DNA from: Candidatus Scalindua sp.
GTDB taxonomy: Bacteria; Planctomycetota; Brocadiia; Brocadiales; Scalinduaceae
Assembly: GCA_031316235.1 (NCBI GenBank)
Contig: JALDRA010000001.1
Coordinates: forward strand, 840,001-872,000
Length of the DNA: 32,000 nt
Direction of reading: 5' to 3'
The stretch's first letter is position 1, and every line of letters starts with the position of its first letter. The notes beneath the pieces are model-generated. The model had not been told where the DNA came from. It made no database searches and saw only the letters and a list, made by a program, of their open reading frames with translations. This document shows positions 7,216 to 17,652 of this stretch, piece after piece. The translations under genes were made by a program, and so were the position numbers.

Positions 7216-7878
7216 CTAATCTCCCCCTTTTAATACCCCCAGGACCGTCGTACCAGCTGAAACACTTTCACCCTCCTTAACGGCTAATTCGAAATTTGCA
7301 TCCTCAGGAATGAACACTTCCAGCCTTGATCCAAACTTAATCATCCCAAACCTCTCACCTCGAATAACTGTTTGACCAACGGTACAGTCGCATACAATTC
7401 TCCTTGCAACCTTTCCTGCAACTTGTTTAATCATGATCTTCATCTTTCCATTCGAGGTCAGAATACCCATCAAATTGTGCTCATTCATTTCAGAAGAGTG
7501 TTGAGACCGGGCATCGAGAAATTTTCCCGGAACGTGTTTTATGAATTCAACCACACCGCTGTACGATATCCTGTTAACGTGGACACTGAACAGGGACATA
7601 AATATCGCTATTTTGAGGGCCTTGCACTTCAAATAGTTTTCCTCATCTACGTGTATAATCTCAATAATTCTGCCATCAGCAGGTGAAATGAGGTTCTCTT
7701 CTCCCTCAGGTACCACTCTTTCAGGATCCCTGAAAAAATAGAGGATAAAGAACATACAGAAACAGACAAATATGCTGAACCATGGATAAAAAAAAAGGCT
7801 CATGATGAGCGCAACAAAAAGAAGCATCCCAAAAAATGAGATCTCTTTTGAGCCATATTCAGCAAAAGGTAATCGCAT
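7216..7878 (-). CDS. psd: Phosphatidylserine decarboxylase proenzyme, short membrane-anchored type
   Basis: N-terminal TM helices and the FGSRLEV self-cleavage (G-S-x) motif near the C-terminus, 220 aa. Confidence 0.8.
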   Translation of the reverse strand: MRLPFAEYGSKEISFFGMLLFVALIMSLFFYPWFSIFVCFCMFFILYFFRDPERVVPEGEENLISPADGRIIEIIHVDEENYLKCKALKIAIFMSLFSVHVNRISYSGVVEFIKHVPGKFLDARSQHSSEMNEHNLMGILTSNGKMKIMIKQVAGKVARRIVCDCTVGQTVIRGERFGMIKFGSRLEVFIPEDANFELAVKEGESVSAGTTVLGVLKGGD

Positions 7879-8027
7879 ATAAATTATGCTCCTTTCCCTC
7901 GTTAATTTATACTTTATTGTTATTTTGTTTCACAAAATACAATAGAAATAAAATATATCATGGATTCACCGCATTTTTAGCATATAACTACCGGCATGTC
8001 AACATATATGCTCACATCGGAAAGTAT

Positions 8028-8057
8028 TTGACAGATACAATATTATTTTGCTATAAG
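8028..8057 (+). promoter_or_regulatory. Candidate sigma70 promoter for eno
   Basis: TTGACA (8028..8033), 18-nt spacer, TATAAG (8052..8057). Implies a leader of about 165 nt. Confidence 0.3.
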
Positions 8058-8176
8058 AAGATCATTGTTCGTTCGCCCGTTTACTGCTTCTTCGCTGATC
8101 ATGTGCAGGGTTTTCGAGAAATTACCACACGAGGGAGAGTTACGGCAAAGAAACCCCTTATGTTTTGATAAAATAA

Positions 8177-9505
<1,329 letters not shown>

Positions 9506-9670
9506 GCTGAACCAGAGGCGCAGCCTGTGAGCTGCCCTGAGGATGCAGCGAGTGAAGAGCAGGCGGAGATTTCCTGGACATGAGATACCAGTCTTGCTGA
9601 TGCCGTTAGAGGACCTGCGAAAATGCCAGGTTATTTTATCCTGAGCCCTATGCTATAGGAACACCAGAAC

Positions 9671-10102
9671 ATGTTACAACGTTTCCTCATCACATTCTGC
9701 ATTGTGGTTTCACTTGTCATTATCTTTTCGGCAGTTGTGACTCAGAAACGTGAGAAAAGGAGAAACCTTGAATCAGAGCTGAAAACACTTTCAGAAGAGG
9801 TTGCATCTGCAAAGAAAAAAAATTTTCTGCTTAAACAGGAAACAGAGGCCATCGTTAATGATCCCATACAGATTGAGAGAGCGGCTAGAGAGGATTTCGG
9901 GTATGTCAAGCCAGGAGAAATTATCTACAAAAAATATAAATTTGAACTCTCTGAACCCAAAGAAGAGATTGTCAAGAAAAGAAGCTTTTTATCCAGGCTG
10001 GACTCGTTCTTATTTGATGGCCCCTTCCCGTGGCAGGTACCTTTAGGATTAATTTCGATAGCATCAATATTTTTGCTTGTTTCGTATAGATATGCACGTT
10101 AA
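9671..10102 (+). CDS. ftsB: Septum formation initiator FtsB/DivIC family, with an extra C-terminal hydrophobic segment
   Basis: N-terminal TM helix, coiled coil, IERAAREDFGYVKPGE motif. Conserved position directly after eno. Confidence 0.7.
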   Translation: MLQRFLITFCIVVSLVIIFSAVVTQKREKRRNLESELKTLSEEVASAKKKNFLLKQETEAIVNDPIQIERAAREDFGYVKPGEIIYKKYKFELSEPKEEIVKKRSFLSRLDSFLFDGPFPWQVPLGLISIASIFLLVSYRYAR

Positions 10103-11345
10103 AAATTATATCAACAAAGTTGTAATTGATGCGGAGAAGGCATCACACACGCTGGCTACTGCCAGCAGTTCTGTAAAGAATGACGCACTGGAACAGATAG
10201 CACAGAATCTCTCCAGCTCCAAAGCAACCCTTATGGCAGAAAACGAAAAGGATATCAGGGCTGCTGAGAATGCCGGTTTGTCAACGGCGATGATTGACAG
10301 GCTGAAGCTGACAGAGTCCCGAATAAAAGAGATGGTAGACGGCATACGACAGGTCAGAAACCTTAATGATCCTGTTGGAGAGATAATGGAAGGAACTATT
10401 CGACCTAACGGACTGCAGATACTGAAGGTCAGGGTGCCCATAGGCGTGATCGCCATCATCTATGAATCCAGACCAAATGTTACAGCGGATGCAGCATCAC
10501 TCTGCTTAAAGACCGGCAACGTGACCATACTACGAGGCGGAAAAGAGTCTATCTTCTCCAATCTTGCCATTTATCGACAAATAAGCTCTGCCCTCGAGCA
10601 CGTCGGTATGGATAAAAATATCATACAGGTAATTGAAACTGCTGATCGTGAAGCTGTTAACCACCTCCTCAAGGCAGACAAATATGTAGACCTTGTAATT
10701 CCCAGAGGTGGTGAAGGGTTGATACGAAACGTGGTAGAAAACTCAACCATCCCCGTTATTAAACATTATAAGGGGGTATGTCACACCTATGTCGATGAAC
10801 ATGCCGATCTGGACATGGCAAGGGACATATGCCTGAATGCGAAGATTCAGCGCCCCGGTACATGCAATGCCATGGAGACAATGCTGGTGCATGAAAAGGT
10901 TGCAAAGACATTCCTTCCTGATGTATACCAGGTCATGTCAGAGGCTGGTGTCGAGTTGCGGGGATGTGAACTGAGCCGTGCAATTCTCCCCGATATTAAT
11001 CCAGCTACTGACGAAGACTGGTCAGAAGAGTATCTGGAGAAGATCCTGTCGGTAAAGGTCGTATCTTCCATTGAAGATGCCATCAACCACATATCAATCT
11101 ATGGCTCTGCCCACTCTGATGCCATCGTTACGGAGCTGATCTCAAATGCAAGGAGGTTTACGGATGCGGTTGATTCTGCTGCCGTTTATGTCAATGCATC
11201 CACCCGGTTCACCGATGGGTTCGAATTTGGTATGGGTGCAGAGATCGGCATCAGTACCGACAAACTCCACGCCCGGGGTCCCATGGGACTCAAGGAACTC
11301 ACATCATACAAATATGTTGTCTATGGTAACGGGCAGATAAGGTAG
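10092..11345 (+). CDS. proA: Gamma-glutamyl phosphate reductase ProA
   Basis: Aldehyde dehydrogenase fold; YESRPNVT, CNAMETMLVH (catalytic Cys) and ASTRFTDG motifs. I prefer the ATG at 10092 to the TTG at 10077. Overlaps the ftsB 3' end. Confidence 0.9.
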   Translation: MHVKNYINKVVIDAEKASHTLATASSSVKNDALEQIAQNLSSSKATLMAENEKDIRAAENAGLSTAMIDRLKLTESRIKEMVDGIRQVRNLNDPVGEIMEGTIRPNGLQILKVRVPIGVIAIIYESRPNVTADAASLCLKTGNVTILRGGKESIFSNLAIYRQISSALEHVGMDKNIIQVIETADREAVNHLLKADKYVDLVIPRGGEGLIRNVVENSTIPVIKHYKGVCHTYVDEHADLDMARDICLNAKIQRPGTCNAMETMLVHEKVAKTFLPDVYQVMSEAGVELRGCELSRAILPDINPATDEDWSEEYLEKILSVKVVSSIEDAINHISIYGSAHSDAIVTELISNARRFTDAVDSAAVYVNASTRFTDGFEFGMGAEIGISTDKLHARGPMGLKELTSYKYVVYGNGQIR

Positions 11346-11476
11346 GAGAGTACTGATTTCAGCAAACTGCAGATACGCTATCCCATTTTCTCGTTTACAA
11401 TAAACCCTGCGATAAGCATTAAAAGGGTGTCAGATTCTGCTTCACATTTAACGTACTATGAAGGTTGATAGTTCGC

Positions 11477-11743
11477 ATGAGAATGGTGCTGGTCTCCCTG
11501 TTAATTGTGGCTTTACATTGTGGATGTACATCTATGACCAGATACCGGGTTTCTTCTGCACCGGTTACGCAGATAAGCAATGAGGCTTTGATCAGAGACT
11601 ACGAGAAGACATTAAATATCTGTATACTTTTACGAGAGGATTTGATAAACCTGAATGAAGACCAGATATCGGCGCTTGTCGATGCTCAGGTAAGACTTAT
11701 TGAATTAAAAAAAGAAAAATCATACAGAGGCATATATCCATGA
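11477..11743 (+). CDS. Small hypothetical exported protein or lipoprotein
   Basis: [17 protein letters not shown] signal or lipobox-like N-terminus. No recognisable domain. Confidence 0.4.
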   Translation: MRMVLVSLLIVALHCGCTSMTRYRVSSAPVTQISNEALIRDYEKTLNICILLREDLINLNEDQISALVDAQVRLIELKKEKSYRGIYP

Positions 11744-11783
11744 TTTTTTCACATTCTATCAAGTTATAAAGTACATTAAAACA

Positions 11784-13391
11784 ATGGTTGAATTTACCTA
11801 CGAGGAGCTGTTCCCTCTTGACAAAGACACTACTGATTTTCGCTTATTATCGAAAGAGTATATCTCAGTAAAAAAATTTGAAGGCAGCGACATCATTGCC
11901 GTGGATCCTGAAGGGCTGACGTTGTTAACTGAGCAGGCATTTAAAGATGTATCTCATCTGTTGCGGCCGGCGCATCTGGAGTCGTTATCGAAAATCCTCT
12001 CTGATCCGGAAAGTTCCGATAACGATACCTATGTTGCCCGTGAATTATTAAAGAATGCGGTTATTTCAGCAGAAGGCATCTTTCCCATGTGCCAGGACAC
12101 CGGAACCGCTATTGTCATGGGAAAAAAAGGACATCAAATCTGGACAGGTTTTTCTGATGAAGTGGCAATTTCAAAAGGTGTATTTAATGCCTACACAAAA
12201 AACAATTTCCGGTATTCACAGAATGCACCCTTGACGATGTATGATGAAGTGAATACGGGCTGTAATCTTCCCGCCCAAATTGAACTCTATTCTACACAGG
12301 GAGACGAATACAAGTTCCTCTTCATTGCAAAGGGTGGGGGATCTGCAAACAAGACATATCTCTATCAGGAGACAAAAGCACTGTTAGATCCAAAAACCCT
12401 CATACATTTTCTGAACGACAAGATGAAGACTCTGGGAACTGCCGCCTGCCCGCCTTATCATCTTACCTTTGTCATAGGGGGGCTGTCAGCCGAAATGACC
12501 CTTAAGACGGTAAAACTGGCATCGTCCGGTTACCTTGACCACCTCCCCGCTACGGGAAGCCCTCAAGGCCACGCTTTCAGGGACAGAGAGATTGAAAACC
12601 AGGTTCTGGAACTATCGCGGTCGCTTGGAATCGGGGCACAATTCGGAGGAAAGTATTTCTGTCATGACGTCAGGGTTGTACGCCTTCCGCGACATGGTGC
12701 GTCATGCCCGGTTGGAATCGGCGTAAGCTGCAGCGCAGACAGAAACATAAAAGGCAAAATAACCAGAGATGGTATTTTTCTGGAAAAACTTGAAACTGAC
12801 CCTTCAAAATATCTACCACAAGTAGAGAGTTCAGATACGAAATCGGTACCTGTGGATCTGAATCAGCCAATGAATAAAATCCTGGCTGTCCTTGATAACT
12901 GTCCGGTCGCAACCCGTCTATTACTTACCGGCAACATTATTGTAGCGAGAGACATTGCCCATGCAAAACTCAAAGAGCGTCTTGACAGGGGAGAAGGGCT
13001 TCCTCAATACTTCAAAGATCATGTCATCTACTATGCCGGTCCGGCAAAAACACCTCACGGATATACCGCAGGATCATTCGGCCCTACCACTGCGGGGAGA
13101 ATGGATAGCTATGTACCGCTCTTCCAGAAACGAGGAGGCTCCCTCGTGATGCTTGCAAAGGGAAACCGCTCAAAAATGGTTACTCAATCGTGCAGGGAAT
13201 TCGGTGGCTTTTATCTCGGCTCAATTGGTGGGCCTGCTGCAAGGCTGGGAAAAGATTGTATCACACATATCAAAACGATTGAATATCCTGAACTTGGGAT
13301 GGAGGCAATATTCATGATAACGGTAAAAGATTTCCCTGCGTTTGTTATTATCGACAACAAGGGAAATGATTTTTTTGAAAAGTTATTGTAA
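11784..13391 (+). CDS. fumA: Fumarate hydratase class I (Fe-S, FumA/FumB type)
   Basis: 535 aa, collinear with E. coli FumA as I recall it: [81 protein letters not shown]. Confidence 0.92.
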   Translation: MVEFTYEELFPLDKDTTDFRLLSKEYISVKKFEGSDIIAVDPEGLTLLTEQAFKDVSHLLRPAHLESLSKILSDPESSDNDTYVARELLKNAVISAEGIFPMCQDTGTAIVMGKKGHQIWTGFSDEVAISKGVFNAYTKNNFRYSQNAPLTMYDEVNTGCNLPAQIELYSTQGDEYKFLFIAKGGGSANKTYLYQETKALLDPKTLIHFLNDKMKTLGTAACPPYHLTFVIGGLSAEMTLKTVKLASSGYLDHLPATGSPQGHAFRDREIENQVLELSRSLGIGAQFGGKYFCHDVRVVRLPRHGASCPVGIGVSCSADRNIKGKITRDGIFLEKLETDPSKYLPQVESSDTKSVPVDLNQPMNKILAVLDNCPVATRLLLTGNIIVARDIAHAKLKERLDRGEGLPQYFKDHVIYYAGPAKTPHGYTAGSFGPTTAGRMDSYVPLFQKRGGSLVMLAKGNRSKMVTQSCREFGGFYLGSIGGPAARLGKDCITHIKTIEYPELGMEAIFMITVKDFPAFVIIDNKGNDFFEKLL

Positions 13392-13438
13392 GCGGTATCC
13401 AGGGAATTATGCTCTCAAAAGCGTATAACACAGTAAGT

Positions 13439-13476
13439 AAAAAAGGAACCACCGCTCTAATGCAGACGGTGGTTCC
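13439..13476 (-). terminator. Intrinsic terminator of the propeller/cytochrome operon
   Basis: Perfect 10-bp stem GGAACCACCG/CGGTGGTTCC with a 12-nt loop, followed on the minus strand by TTTTTTA. Lies about 105 nt after the cytochrome stop codon. Confidence 0.6.
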
Positions 13477-13580
13477 CTCTCACCCGTTTGTAAAGATATA
13501 ATTCAACAAACCTGGTTTTTACAAATTACTAATTCCGCTGATTTAATAAGCGAAATACCTTCTCTGATCAGTGAAACACC

Positions 13581-14606
13581 TTAAAGAGCCTTCATAAACT
13601 CAACAAGGTCCTGTAATTCCTGATTACTCAGATGCGATGTAACACCATGCATATCCTTTGTTGTAACGGAGTTATCAATCGTATCCATCAGAGTCTCAGC
13701 ACTGCCATCATGGAAATAGGTACCGGACGCATAGATATCCCTCAATGTCGGGGTATCAAATTCCTTTACCAGATCCAATCCGATAATCGGCACATCATAA
13801 TCCTCACCATATGGATCAACTCCTTTTTCCAACGCTGCGGTATTGAATACCTCACCTGGTGTCGTCCTGAATCCATCCCTTCCTACCCTTCCGGTTCCAA
13901 CGTCATGAGTCTGAGCATCACTGAACAGTGCCCTTGGGTTGTTAGGATCTCCCGGATGGCACTCAATGCATCCCACCTTCGGATCACTGAAAACCTTCCA
14001 GCCTCTCTTTTGAGCCTCGGTCATCGATCCATCTGCATTGCGGAAAGGACTACCCGTAAACTCTAAAGAACGGATGTAAGCAACCAATGCCTCCAGTCTT
14101 TCAGGCGAGAAGTTCTCACTTCTGAACACAAATCCAGGGTCTCGTCCGCATACCCTGTCGATTGATGATGTAGCACCTACGATCTCATCAGGATGACCCG
14201 TAAATCCTTCATGCCTGAATGGAGGGAGGTACCTTCCGCCACGGATGTACTTCGTATTCTTCCAGCTGCCCCAGCCTTCATCACCAAGATCCCAGATCAG
14301 ACCTGTTGTCTGACCTCTCTCATAGTGACAGCTTGCACATGAGTACTCACCCTGTAAAGTCCATGAATTCTCATTAAACTGAAATTGTCCATACCTTACC
14401 AGTTCGCTCTTGTAAGGTGAATGCTTCACCCTGTAATGCACCTCAGGGACAGTCAACGGCTCTCCTCTTTCCAATGGAGCCCATTCCGGCCCTGTCTGTA
14501 TAGTCGCTATAACCTGAGCCTCTCCTGCATCAGCAAACTTCACAGTTGCAGTCAGGCAAAAAAGACACAGGGTAGCAATTAAGCTCAACACAAACATCTT
14601 CCTCAT
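13581..14606 (-). CDS. Exported dihaem cytochrome c, bacterial cytochrome c peroxidase / MauG family
   Basis: Two CxxCH motifs (CASCH, CIECH). CCP-like TPTLRDIYASGTYFHDGSAETL and C-terminal LSNQELQDLVEFMKAL. Signal peptide MRKMFVLSLIATLCLFCLTATVKFADA. I prefer the ATG at 14606 (AGGAGG 6 nt upstream) to the track start at 14672. Confidence 0.8.
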   Translation of the reverse strand: MRKMFVLSLIATLCLFCLTATVKFADAGEAQVIATIQTGPEWAPLERGEPLTVPEVHYRVKHSPYKSELVRYGQFQFNENSWTLQGEYSCASCHYERGQTTGLIWDLGDEGWGSWKNTKYIRGGRYLPPFRHEGFTGHPDEIVGATSSIDRVCGRDPGFVFRSENFSPERLEALVAYIRSLEFTGSPFRNADGSMTEAQKRGWKVFSDPKVGCIECHPGDPNNPRALFSDAQTHDVGTGRVGRDGFRTTPGEVFNTAALEKGVDPYGEDYDVPIIGLDLVKEFDTPTLRDIYASGTYFHDGSAETLMDTIDNSVTTKDMHGVTSHLSNQELQDLVEFMKAL

Positions 14607-14668
14607 TACCAACCTCCTAAAAAAAACAGTTAAAGTTAAATACTCAAAAAACCCCAGCCATACAATAA

Positions 14669-15805
14669 TCAATCAAGCGGAGTCCTGATTACGGATACAT
14701 TATTCGAAAAATAGTTCGCAGCATAACATATCTTACCATCCGGAGACAGCGCAACTGAACTTGGCCCGAGTCCTACATTCACCCTCTTCACCAGGTAGTC
14801 TACCATAATCGTAAGATCATCCTTCATCTCATCCAGCTCATCCTGTGAGCTGGTCTGGATGATCTCTGTCATCTTACCCAGATCAAGAATAGTAACCCTG
14901 TGCATACCCCTTACACCGATGTACACATATTTACCCTCTGGACAGATTGCGATTCCATAGGGATTACCATCGTAATTGTTGTGCTCATCGAGTGGAAACT
15001 GTGCAACTTTACCGCCAGCCCTCGTCTCAACCATTGCAACATTGTTTGAGAAAATCTGGGCATTTTCAGCCTCGCAGACAGGCAGCCAGTTCTTTGGCTG
15101 TTCCATCGTAAAGAGAACGTACTTACCATCAGGAGTATACTCAACGCCCCTGAAGTTGGCGCTACCGGGTACTACCCTTGTCTCAGTAACCCTGCCTGTT
15201 GCAAGGTCAATGAAATCAACGCACCTGTTTATTTTGCCCGTCGTATCAAGAACAACCGCGGCTTTCTTCCCGTCAGGAGATATCGCTATATCCCTTGGAC
15301 CATAGTCAGATGTCCTGATCTCACCGATTTTGTTGTTCATTGCTGTATCAATGATATCAACAGTGTTCCACATACTTCCTGAGCAGCACACATATGCCTT
15401 CGAACCATCCTTAGACAGCTTTATGCTGCATGGCCAGTCGCCAACTTTGATGGTCTTTATTACTGCCTTGGTGCCCACATCAATGATGGAAACTGAATCA
15501 CTTTCAGCGTTACATACATACAGCGTTCTCCCATCTTGAGTACATACCGTTGCTTCCGGCTGTACCTGAACAGGCACTTCACCGGTAACTTTCCTTGTTC
15601 TCGTATCAACAAAAGTCACACTGTGGCCTGACTGATTTGCAAGAAACAACGTACCGCCATCAGGAGAAACCGATACGTGAAACGGGGAAGGATGTTCAGT
15701 CCTCACCCTTGTACCCTGAATAAAACCGGCACTGGCACTTTGAGATATCGCCAGAGATACCAAGCCGGCCCCGAGGATACTCCAAAATAAACTCCCTTTT
15801 TTCAT
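14669..15805 (-). CDS. Exported YVTN-repeat beta-propeller protein
   Basis: Signal peptide ending SASA-G. Repeated ~40-aa units (LYVCNAESDSVSIID, AYVCCSG..NTVDIID, CYAANYFSNNVSVI) with SPDGK turns. AGGAGGT RBS. Confidence 0.8.
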   Translation of the reverse strand: MKKGSLFWSILGAGLVSLAISQSASAGFIQGTRVRTEHPSPFHVSVSPDGGTLFLANQSGHSVTFVDTRTRKVTGEVPVQVQPEATVCTQDGRTLYVCNAESDSVSIIDVGTKAVIKTIKVGDWPCSIKLSKDGSKAYVCCSGSMWNTVDIIDTAMNNKIGEIRTSDYGPRDIAISPDGKKAAVVLDTTGKINRCVDFIDLATGRVTETRVVPGSANFRGVEYTPDGKYVLFTMEQPKNWLPVCEAENAQIFSNNVAMVETRAGGKVAQFPLDEHNNYDGNPYGIAICPEGKYVYIGVRGMHRVTILDLGKMTEIIQTSSQDELDEMKDDLTIMVDYLVKRVNVGLGPSSVALSPDGKICYAANYFSNNVSVIRTPLD

Positions 15806-15878
15806 TCTTCACCTCCTAAAAGTTAACAAAAAACACTAGAGTCCTACTTATTTTAAACTGCCCTCTTACGGCAGATCG

Positions 15879-15894
15879 TGCAGCAAAGACACCA
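15879..15894 (-). promoter_or_regulatory. Candidate sigma54 (-24/-12) promoter for the propeller/cytochrome genes
   Basis: The minus strand reads TGGTGT-CTTTG-CTGCA. GG and GC have the canonical 10-nt separation (consensus TGGCAC-N5-TTGCA). Lies 74-89 nt upstream of the ATG at 15805. The -24 element is imperfect. Confidence 0.3.
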
Positions 15895-16166
15895 TACCCT
15901 AAGCCTTTTGAAGGTCTTTCGTTATAGCCTTTTTGTCCTGGCCAGAAACCTTCACACCCAAGCTCCTCTTACTGCATCTATAGCAAACCGCTCTCTTGAG
16001 ACGTTTGCCGTTACAGGTACGCGGCTTGATAAATAGAAACGCAATAGACATACCGTATGATTACTAACTTTCAAAAACATCATTAACCACAATAATTTCA
16101 TAGAGTTACACACCGGGAAGAAAAAATAGTACTCTATTTTGCATGGCAGAAACAGCAGGTAAATGA

Positions 16167-16200
16167 CCTGAATCCGAAACCCGGGTACTTAATTCCCGGG
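16167..16200 (-). terminator. Possible weak terminator after the two-component operon
   Basis: The minus strand reads CCCGGG-aattaagta-CCCGGG-TTTCGG, about 80 nt after the regulator stop codon. Only a short T run. Confidence 0.25.
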
Positions 16201-16278
16201 AAATCATATTTAAGTCTCATCAGATTATATTGTTATGATAGTTGACCGTATCTGGTCATGGTATGAAGTTTCTGGTCA

Positions 16279-17652
16279 TTATGTAAGGCCCAATTTATTC
16301 ATTTTATTTCTGAGTGTAGTTCGAGGTATGCCAAGTATTTCTGCCATGTTTACCTGGTTGCCATCCGCTTTTTTGTACGCCCACTTGATTAAGTTTTCTT
16401 CAAATTCTGCAACTTCATTCTGGAAATCAATCCTGTCCTTCTCTTCCAGATCCAGGTGGATTTTGTCTGATACACCTTCAAACTTTTTCAAGTGTTCAGG
16501 CAAATTCTGTACAGTAACTTTGTTGTTGGAAGAAAAAACTAACGCATGTTCCACAACGTTTTCCAGTTCTCTTACATTGCCTGGCCAGTGATATTTTATC
16601 AATACATCCAGTGTGTCTGAAGAAATATCCGGTTTAGAAATTTTTAAGCGGTTACTATATTTCCTCATAAAATAATTTATCAACAGTGGTATATCGTCTT
16701 TTCGCTCTCTCAAAGCCGGAAGTTTTATGGCAACGACATTCAATCTATAATACAAATCTTCCCTGAACTTCCCTTGCTTAACGAAAATAGCCAGATCCAC
16801 CTTTGTAGCGCATATTAAACGGACATCTACAGAAATCGTTTCCTCACCACCCACTCTTTCGTATTCTCTTTCCTGGAGCACCCTGAGTAACTTTACCTGC
16901 ATCTCCAAGGGAATGTCGTCTACATCGTCAAGAAAGATAGAACCACCATCAGAAAGCTCAAATTTGCCCTTTTTGGTCCTTATTGCACCCGTAAATGCAC
17001 CTTTTTCATGACCAAAGAGTTCGCTTTCTAATATCTCTCTGTTCAGTGCCGCACAACTTAACTTTACAAAAGGACCATCATTGCGGCTACTGTTGTAGTG
17101 AATAGCACCAGCAATAAGTTCTTTACCAGTACCACTCTCTCCCTGAATTAATACGGTAGTTTCTCTATTAGAAACAGTTTTTATCGTGTCCAATACCTTC
17201 ATCATTGGCGTACTCTTCCCCACGATATTATCTTGTCCATAGAGTTCCTGAATTTCAGACCTGAGTCTTGTCAACTCTGATGTTGCTTTTTTATATGTGA
17301 GAGCTCTTTCTAATTTGATAATCAGTTCATCTGTTGAGAATGGTTTGCAGATATAATCAAATGCACCTTCCCTCATTGCAGTTACCGCGCTTTCCACTGT
17401 CCCATAAGCGGTCATTATTATGACAATAGTCTTCTGTGATATACTTTTTATCTCCTTCAGGAATTCAATCCCATCCAGGCCCGGCAATCTCAGGTCAGAC
17501 ACTACTATATCATAGTCTTCATTTCTGACGTATTTGAGCGCATCACCGGCTGTCTTCATGGCTTTCACAGAAAATCCTTCTTTCTTGAGTTGATTCTCCA
17601 GTGACACCCGCATGAGTTTTTCGTCATCAACAATCAGCACTCTGCCTCTCAT
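16279..17652 (-). CDS. Sigma54-dependent response regulator (NtrC family: REC + AAA+ + HTH)
   Basis: REC domain with DLRLPGLDG. Walker A GESGTGKE. GAFTGA sigma54-contact loop (EKGAFTGA). C-terminal Fis-type HTH (ILGIPRTTLRNKMNKLG). Confidence 0.9.
   Translation of the reverse strand: MRGRVLIVDDEKLMRVSLENQLKKEGFSVKAMKTAGDALKYVRNEDYDIVVSDLRLPGLDGIEFLKEIKSISQKTIVIIMTAYGTVESAVTAMREGAFDYICKPFSTDELIIKLERALTYKKATSELTRLRSEIQELYGQDNIVGKSTPMMKVLDTIKTVSNRETTVLIQGESGTGKELIAGAIHYNSSRNDGPFVKLSCAALNREILESELFGHEKGAFTGAIRTKKGKFELSDGGSIFLDDVDDIPLEMQVKLLRVLQEREYERVGGEETISVDVRLICATKVDLAIFVKQGKFREDLYYRLNVVAIKLPALRERKDDIPLLINYFMRKYSNRLKISKPDISSDTLDVLIKYHWPGNVRELENVVEHALVFSSNNKVTVQNLPEHLKKFEGVSDKIHLDLEEKDRIDFQNEVAEFEENLIKWAYKKADGNQVNMAEILGIPRTTLRNKMNKLGLT

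Noticed and set aside
9506-9670. GC-rich eno-ftsB spacer (the first 60 nt are 39/60 G+C). GCAGC / GCTGC / GCAGC segments could form mutually exclusive hairpins, and there is an ACCTG-N9-CAGGT-TATTTTA terminator-like element.
   Set aside because: The stems are only 5 bp and no known motif is recognised. I cannot distinguish this from chance without covariation data.
13581-15805. Calling the propeller plus dihaem pair hydrazine synthase subunits (hzsB/hzsC).
   Set aside because: Only the fold combination matches. There is no alpha subunit gene, no sequence comparison was possible, and CCP-family cytochromes next to YVTN propellers occur outside anammox bacteria. I kept it as a finding but did not annotate it as HZS.
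16251-16279. Direct repeat TCTGGTCAT-N11-TCTGGTCAT overlapping the response-regulator stop codon.
   Set aside because: It is a single 9-bp duplication with no supporting context, not enough to call a binding site.
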